DNA of 50,468 nucleotides from an uncultured Nitrospiraceae bacterium (GTDB lineage Bacteria; Hydrogenedentota; Hydrogenedentia; Hydrogenedentales; SLHB01): NCBI GenBank assembly GCA_964493915.1, contig CAZBQH010000415.1, positions 1 to 50,468 of the forward strand, read 5' to 3'. Shown piece by piece: positions 45,032 to 50,468 of this stretch (position 1 is its first letter; each line of letters starts with the position of its first letter). The notes under the pieces were generated by a model. It saw only the letters and a program-made list of their open reading frames with translations, ran no database searches and was not told where the DNA came from. The position numbers and the translations under genes were made by a program.

Positions 45032-45048
45032 AGCACATTCTATGCCAA
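45032..45048 (-). promoter_or_regulatory. sigma54 (-24/-12) promoter candidate
   Basis: Minus strand TTGGCATAGAATGTGCT, i.e. GG-N10-GC in a TGGCA...TGCT context. Confidence 0.5.
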
Positions 45049-45245
45049 TGCTGGCGCTTGGTTGTCCTTGGTGGGGAAAAGGCAAGAAACAAGGCGTCTA
45101 CGCGAGCATGGCCGACTCTACGTGGATCACGCAGGATTACAAAAATGTAAGGGTTCGTCCCCAGATGCACAGAAACGTTCCACAAACGGACAGACCGAAG
45201 CCGGAGCGGAACAGCGACAACTCGCTCTGAACGGGAAAGAGCCTT

Positions 45246-46145
45246 TCAGTCTTTCGCCGCACGCGGATCAAGGGCATCTCGCAGACCATCGCCAAGGAAA
45301 TTGAGGGAAAACAAGGTGAGCGACATTACCGCGCCCGGGAAGATAAGAAGCCAGGGATACTCCTCCATAGCCGCAGCACCCTCCTTGATAAGCGTCCCCC
45401 ATGAACTCATAGGAGCTTGGACGCCGAGCCCAAGGTAGCTTAGGAACGCCTCGAGCAACATCACGCGTGGGACCGTCAGGGTAGCGTAGACGACAACCGG
45501 ACCCAAAGTGTTAGGGATGAGATGGCGCAAAAGAATGCGCCGCCGCGTCAGCCCCATTGCGACTGCGGCCTCGATAAACTCTTTCTTTTTGAGCGACAGG
45601 ATCTGCCCGCGTACGATGCGTGCCATCGTAAGCCACTCGACCGCGCCGATGGCCACAAAAACCAGGATGATATTGCGGCCGAAATAGGTGACCAGTATGA
45701 TGGCGAGAATGGTAAACGGCAAGGCATACAAGACGTCCACGATGCCCATCATGGTCCTGTCAAGGCGACCGCCCACAAATCCTGCCGTCGCTCCGTACAG
45801 TAAGCCGACGACCAACGATACGGCCGTCGCTGCAAGACCCACCAGCAGGGAAATGCGCCCACCCACCAACACACGAACAAACAAATCGCGGCCAAGGTGA
45901 TCCGTGCCGAACCAGTGCTGGGAGCTGGGCGGCGCGTAACTGTAATCCCGGTTCTGCTGTTCGTAACGGTATGGCACCACCATGGGGCCCAGCGCTGCCG
46001 CAGCAGCGACACATATCAGTATGACGGCCCCGGCCATAGCCAAGCGGTTTTTCTGGAGCCGATAGCGGGCATCTTGCCAGAGCGAAGCGCCGGCTTCCGC
46101 CTCGGCAAACAGCGATTGCGCGTTCATCGCCCCCGGGCTACCCAT
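45246..46145 (-). CDS. oppC: Oligopeptide ABC transporter permease OppC
   Basis: HWFGTDHLGRDLF, ARIVRGQILSLKKKEFIEAA, RHLIPN and LNFLGDGLRDALDPR. Likely start ATG 46145. Confidence 0.9.
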   Translation of the reverse strand: MGSPGAMNAQSLFAEAEAGASLWQDARYRLQKNRLAMAGAVILICVAAAAALGPMVVPYRYEQQNRDYSYAPPSSQHWFGTDHLGRDLFVRVLVGGRISLLVGLAATAVSLVVGLLYGATAGFVGGRLDRTMMGIVDVLYALPFTILAIILVTYFGRNIILVFVAIGAVEWLTMARIVRGQILSLKKKEFIEAAVAMGLTRRRILLRHLIPNTLGPVVVYATLTVPRVMLLEAFLSYLGLGVQAPMSSWGTLIKEGAAAMEEYPWLLIFPGAVMSLTLFSLNFLGDGLRDALDPRAAKD

Positions 46146-47055
46146 AACGCAGCCTCGGATCAAGCCACGCCTGCACAACGTCCACAACCAGGTTGAACGC
46201 CATAATGAGGACAGCAAACACCAACACCGTCCCCATAATCATCGTATAGTCGCGGTTGAGAGCGGCCTTAACGAACTCCGTGCCCAACCCCGGTATCCCA
46301 AAGATGTTCTCGACAACAAACGACCCTGTCAACAAGCCGGCCGCAGCCGGGCCCAGAAACGCGACAACCGGCTGCAACGCGCCCGGCAGCGCGTGGCGCA
46401 TCAGAACCCGCTGCTCTTTCATACCCTTCGCGCGAGCCGTCCGGATATAGTCCTGCGACAGGACCTCGATCATACTGGCCCGGCTGAGCCGTGCAATGTA
46501 GGCAGCGTAGACCGTGCCCAGGGCGACAGCGGGGAGAATCTTATCGCTCGGCACTTCCCACAAGGCGACAGGCAACCATCCGAGATAGAGCGCGAAGATC
46601 AGAACAAGCACCGGACCCAACACGAAATTGGGAACGCAGATTCCGGCCATGGCGAAGGCCATGGGGACATAGTCGCGCCACGTGTTCGGCCGCGACGCTG
46701 CGACAATGCCCGCCGGCAAACCGACCCCCAGGGCGACGAGCAAACCGTAGAAACCGAGCTCGACCGAGACAGGCAATTTGATCGCGATCCACTCGACAAC
46801 CGTCCGGCTCGGGCGTTTCAGCGACGGGCCGAGATCGCCATGGAGCAGTCTCCACAAGTAGCTCCCGTATTGCTCAAGCAAGGGCGCGTCGAGGTTATAG
46901 TGCGCCTCGATTTGGCGGAGGGCCTCGTCGCTCAAAGCTTTCTCGGCCGAGAACGGCCCGCCCGGCGCCAGCCGTACGAGGAAAAAGGTGAGCGTAACGA
47001 TCACAAAGAGTGTTGGAAGGAACGTCAACAGGCGAAAAAGGACAAAACGCGCCAT
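46138..47055 (-). CDS. oppB: Oligopeptide ABC transporter permease OppB
   Basis: LAPGGPF, GDLGPS, DYIRTARAKG, GSFVVENIFGIPGLG, NRDY and WLDPR. Confidence 0.92.
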   Translation of the reverse strand: MARFVLFRLLTFLPTLFVIVTLTFFLVRLAPGGPFSAEKALSDEALRQIEAHYNLDAPLLEQYGSYLWRLLHGDLGPSLKRPSRTVVEWIAIKLPVSVELGFYGLLVALGVGLPAGIVAASRPNTWRDYVPMAFAMAGICVPNFVLGPVLVLIFALYLGWLPVALWEVPSDKILPAVALGTVYAAYIARLSRASMIEVLSQDYIRTARAKGMKEQRVLMRHALPGALQPVVAFLGPAAAGLLTGSFVVENIFGIPGLGTEFVKAALNRDYTMIMGTVLVFAVLIMAFNLVVDVVQAWLDPRLRYG

Positions 47056-47058
47056 AGA

Positions 47059-48720
47059 TCAGCCCCGTCCCCCGCCACGGAATTGGTTGCTTGGATCGCG
47101 ATAGTAAAGGTGCTTGAAGGAGACATAGCCCAGGATGTTGGGCGGCAATCCGTCGAGCGCGGGGTTCTTAAGATAGGTCTGGGTGTAGAAATAGATGGGT
47201 ATGATGGGCGCTTCCGTCATCAGCAACGCCTCCGCCTGCTGGTAGACGGCGTTGCGGGCCTCGAGATCTGCCGTTCGCCGGGCCTGCTCGATAAGCCGAT
47301 CGTACGCGGCCGAGGCAAAACCGGTCCGGTTGTTGCCGTTGCCGCTCGTAAAACACTCGAGAAAATTAATGGGATCGATGAAGTCGCCGACCCATGCCGA
47401 CCGGGCTATGTCGTAATCGAGTTCATGTAGCGAGTCGAGATAGACCTTCCAGTCCTGATTGGCCAAGGTGACGCGGACGTTCAAAGTCTCGCGCCACATT
47501 GCCTGGAGGGCCTCGGCGATTTGACGATGGCTCTCACTTGTATTGTAGAGAATCTCGACCTCGGGGAAGCCTTCGCCGCCGGGATACCCCGCCTGACTGA
47601 GTAGGCTGCGCGCCTGTGCAGGGTCGTAAGGCATGGGCGACGAGCAGGTATAGCCGGCCGTATCGGGAGGCGTGAGGAAGCAGGCAGGCTTGCGGCCGCC
47701 CCGTACCACATTGCGCACCAGGTCCTCGCGGTCAACGGCCATTGCAAAGGCCCGCCGGACCCGCCGGTCATCAAAAGGTGGCCGCATCACATTGAGCCGG
47801 TAGAAATACGTGCCAAGATAGGGGTCAATCCGCAAGGCGTCAGGCCGCTCCCGCTCATAGACCTCGATCTTAGCGAGCGGCGCCGTTGACGTCAGGTCCA
47901 GACGGCCTACGCGAAACAGCAATTCCTCCGTAAGATTGTTGTCTATCGGGTAGAAGGACACGGCATCCAGCCGCGGCAGCTCCTTGTCCCAATAATAAGG
48001 GTTCCGCCTTACGGTGATGACCCGGTCGGGATCCCACCTCGCCAGCATGAAGGCACCGTTTCCGACCAGATTGCCGGCGCGCGTCCACCGCGTGCCGCGC
48101 TCGTCCATAGCGCCGTAACGCTCGATGGTGGCTTTATGCACCGGATACCATGTGTAATGAATCTGCATCGACAGGAAATAGGGTGCTGGATAGTCGAGAG
48201 TAACCTGTAAGGTCTTGCCGTCCAAAGCTTCAGCACCCACTTGAGTGAAGTCCGTCAGCTCCCCTTCGTTAAACGTGCGGGCGTTTTTCATGCAAAACAG
48301 CATGTAAGCGTACTCGCTGCCCAAAGCCGGGCTCAGGATCCGGCGCCACCCGTAGAGAAAATCGTGGGCGGTAACGGGATCGCCATTGGACCAGCGGGCC
48401 GCATCCCGCAAATGGAAAGTGTAAACGGTCCCATCGCTCGATACATCCCAAGACTCCGCAACAGCGGGGACCGGTTCCAGCGTAGCCGGATCCAGATCGA
48501 CGAGCCCCTCGAACAAACAAGAGGCGAGGCGATGCTCCGTGACGCCTGTGACGGTATGCGGATCGAGGTCTTGAGGTTCGGCGCCGTTGCCCGCATGCAA
48601 GACGATCGCTTCCGCCGGAAACACCGCCGAATCCGTCAAGAACGAGCAACCCGCCAGAACGTAACAGTGTGCGACGAGCGTAACGGCTATGGCAATACGA
48701 CGTGTCAAGAGGCGCCTCAA
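47059..48720 (-). CDS. oppA: Oligopeptide ABC transporter substrate-binding lipoprotein OppA
   Basis: Lipobox LAGC, NGAEPQDLDP, YTFHLR..ARWSNGDPVTAHDF, VGNGAF, RNPYYWD and RSAWVGDF. Confidence 0.92.
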   Translation of the reverse strand: MRRLLTRRIAIAVTLVAHCYVLAGCSFLTDSAVFPAEAIVLHAGNGAEPQDLDPHTVTGVTEHRLASCLFEGLVDLDPATLEPVPAVAESWDVSSDGTVYTFHLRDAARWSNGDPVTAHDFLYGWRRILSPALGSEYAYMLFCMKNARTFNEGELTDFTQVGAEALDGKTLQVTLDYPAPYFLSMQIHYTWYPVHKATIERYGAMDERGTRWTRAGNLVGNGAFMLARWDPDRVITVRRNPYYWDKELPRLDAVSFYPIDNNLTEELLFRVGRLDLTSTAPLAKIEVYERERPDALRIDPYLGTYFYRLNVMRPPFDDRRVRRAFAMAVDREDLVRNVVRGGRKPACFLTPPDTAGYTCSSPMPYDPAQARSLLSQAGYPGGEGFPEVEILYNTSESHRQIAEALQAMWRETLNVRVTLANQDWKVYLDSLHELDYDIARSAWVGDFIDPINFLECFTSGNGNNRTGFASAAYDRLIEQARRTADLEARNAVYQQAEALLMTEAPIIPIYFYTQTYLKNPALDGLPPNILGYVSFKHLYYRDPSNQFRGGGRG

Positions 48721-48796
48721 TCATGGACGAAGGAAGCATAAGCGCTCATTCTATCGACCCGGCGCTGCCGGTGCAACGCGCGCCGCGATACGTTCT

Positions 48797-48826
48797 TTGC
48801 CCCTGCGCGTTTTCAGGCGATACAAT
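48797..48826 (+). promoter_or_regulatory. sigma70 promoter of the J-like gene
   Basis: TTGCCC, 18 nt, TACAAT, 40 nt before ATG 48867. Confidence 0.5.
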
Positions 48827-48866
48827 ACCGCCTCTTGTGTTTTGCATGCTTGGAGTCCTGATCAGC

Positions 48867-49457
48867 ATGAACGACAGCGGATATGTGAATTACTTTGAGG
48901 TGCTGGGCCTGCCGGAAGACGCCAAACCCGGCGAGGTGCGCAAAACATACCGGCGGATGATGAAGTCCCTGGTCCAGGAAATCGCCACCGTCGAGATCAC
49001 CGAAGACCGTCGCGCGCATTACCTGCTCGACATGGCGAAGCTGAACGCAGCGCTGTATATCCTGCGGGATCAGGATCTCCGCAAGGTCTACTGGGAACGC
49101 CGTCAGGAACTCATCCGGATCGAGCAGGAATGGCGCGAGGCCGCAGCAAAGGATTCGCCCGAGGAATCAGAGCAGCGCCGGCGCATATTCGACACCCGGC
49201 TGCGCGATTTCCTGTCAAGATTTGTGGAAGAAGCGATGAACGATGCCGGACGCGACAAGGAATGCGTCGATGCGAGCAACTGGAACGCCGCGCATGAACG
49301 GCATGCCTTCCGGATTCTGCGTCACTACCGGCATAGTCTATACCAAGATATCCTGACACGTCTGCCTTACTGGCAGATTACCGAACCTGAGATCGACTGG
49401 GAAGAGCGCACGCGCACGGTGGCGGACATTCTGGTTGGAAAGGAGCAGCCGTGTTAA
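48867..49457 (+). CDS. J-domain-like protein lacking the HPD motif
   Basis: SD GGAG. NYFEVLGLPEDAKPGEVRKTYRRM...MAKLNAALYILRDQDLRKVY mirrors DnaJ helices I-IV. Confidence 0.7.
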   Translation: MNDSGYVNYFEVLGLPEDAKPGEVRKTYRRMMKSLVQEIATVEITEDRRAHYLLDMAKLNAALYILRDQDLRKVYWERRQELIRIEQEWREAAAKDSPEESEQRRRIFDTRLRDFLSRFVEEAMNDAGRDKECVDASNWNAAHERHAFRILRHYRHSLYQDILTRLPYWQITEPEIDWEERTRTVADILVGKEQPC

Positions 49458-50468
49458 GACGGAGGACCAGCGGTCCCGCCAAAACAGTCGACATGGACCT
49501 GGTAGCCAACGCTCTTGCCAAGGCTGTAGCAGACGGCGACATCGTCAACTTCCGCACCCTTTTCGAATCCTACTCGCCGGCGCGGGAGGAGTCGACCGAA
49601 ACGTTCAGCGGCGCGAAATACCAATACCTCCTGCCCGATGAGGAAGAGCAACAGACTCCGGCCTTCGCCAACGCCCTGCGCGAGGTACGGTCGCCTCTCA
49701 TCTGGCAGCACATCGAGCAAGAATTGAAAGCCAAGCGACGCGCCCAACTGCCTTGGCAACTGGTGTTAATGCTGGGCGACAACGCCGTGCGCCGGAGGAA
49801 GCTTCCAAGCGCCGCCCAAGCCTACGAACTGTTGCGCATCCGCCCCCGGATGCAGGCGTTGTTCTTCCGCCAAGGCGACGCCTGGCTCGATCAAGGCAGT
49901 CTGAAAGGCGCCGTCGAAGGCTACGTGATCGGTACGGGGCTTGACTACGACTACGCGGCATTCCCCGAACCGCTGCCGAGGGTGCTCGATTTTCAGAAGC
50001 AGGCCCTCATCCTCCACGGCGAGTATCCTGAAACACCCGAAGACTGCATCGGCCTCCAAGAGCCGGAGCCGTTTGTGCGGACGGCTCTTTCCTATCTCTT
50101 GAACAGCGCGGAGGCGGCCGCCCGCCTCGAAAACCGGCCCATTGAACTGCGCATAGCCTTTCTCCAGGAACTGGTTTACGTGCGAGATCCCAGTTGGAGC
50201 ACCTTTGTCGAGCGTTACCACAGGGCCCGCGAAACGATGGCTCGTTTCGCCAAACGGCTCGAGCAGGCCCGTGGCGCCCCGAGTCTTGCGGAAGAAATCG
50301 AGCGCGAACTCGGCGAAGACCCAGGGCACATTCCAGCCGAATTGCTAGGACGCGCGATCGAGAACGGCGAATGGTGGCAATATCTCCAAGAACTCGCATA
50401 TGAACACCCGGCCGCGGCGTTGTTCGTGGCGCGCCAGGCGATAGGCGAGCGCGAGATCATCATTCCCC
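49451..50468 (+). CDS. Hypothetical helical protein, 3'-truncated by the window edge (absent from the ORF track)
   Basis: SD AAGGAG, and GTG 49451 overlaps the previous stop. Both ends read in the same frame (MLRRRTSGPAKTVDMDLVANALAKAVADGDIVNF...EHPAAALFVARQAIGEREIIIP); the middle was not translated codon by codon. Confidence 0.75.
   Translation, partial: MLRRRTSGPAKTVDMDLVANALAKAVADGDIVNFRTLFESYSPAREESTETFSGAKYQYLLPDEEEQQTPAFANALREVRSPLIWQHIEQELKAKRRAQLPWQLVLMLGDNAVRRRKLPSAAQAYELLRIRPRMQALFFRQGDAWLDQGSLKGAVEGYVIGTGLDYDYAAFPEPLPRVLDFQKQALILHGEYPETPEDCIGLQEPEPFVRTALSYLLNSAEAAARLENRPIELRIAFLQELVYVRDPSWSTFVERYHRARETMARFAKRLEQARGAPSLAEEIERELGEDPGHIPAELLGRAIENGEWWQYLQELAYEHPAAALFVARQAIGEREIIIP

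Noticed and set aside
1-50468. CRISPR arrays, tRNA/rRNA genes, transposases, integrases or prophage genes
   Set aside because: No regularly spaced repeats, cloverleafs or mobile-element motifs were recognised by eye. tRNAscan-SE, Rfam and CRISPR finder runs would be needed to exclude them formally.

Overview
A 50.5 kb, GC-rich bacterial chromosomal window. Dockerin-tailed surface proteins, a DUF1559/H-X9-DG prepilin-like protein and the gene style suggest Candidatus Hydrogenedentes or a related lineage; this is an inference. Housekeeping genes: rpsD, rpsA, ftsK-rodZ-like-pgsA-alr, an MsbA-like exporter, oppABC, a YacP/Rae1-like NYN RNase and a TIGR03960/TIGR03936 radical SAM fusion. Carbohydrate and envelope genes: GH99-like, GH13, an Agl23-like GT-C, a beta-helix lipoprotein and a GntR/LacI regulator with an AraR-like operator. 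No rRNA, tRNA, CRISPR array or transposase was recognised. The most striking signals are mostly missing from the ORF track. (1) Three tandem, partly paralogous 21-31 aa hydrophobic peptide genes (25643-26110, minus), each with a strong SD, served by two look-alike promoters and one terminator. (2) A self-contained ~280 nt minus-strand transcript (34562-34877) with a 17-nt near-perfect complement to the 16S rRNA 3' tail ahead of a 37-aa ORF. (3) A CotH kinase/VTC polyphosphate polymerase/DUF4956/HlyD operon preceded by 11-bp-periodic Pho-box-like repeats. (4) A candidate sigma54-driven small ORF or structured RNA at 44700-45050. All product calls come from motif recognition by eye, not from database searches.
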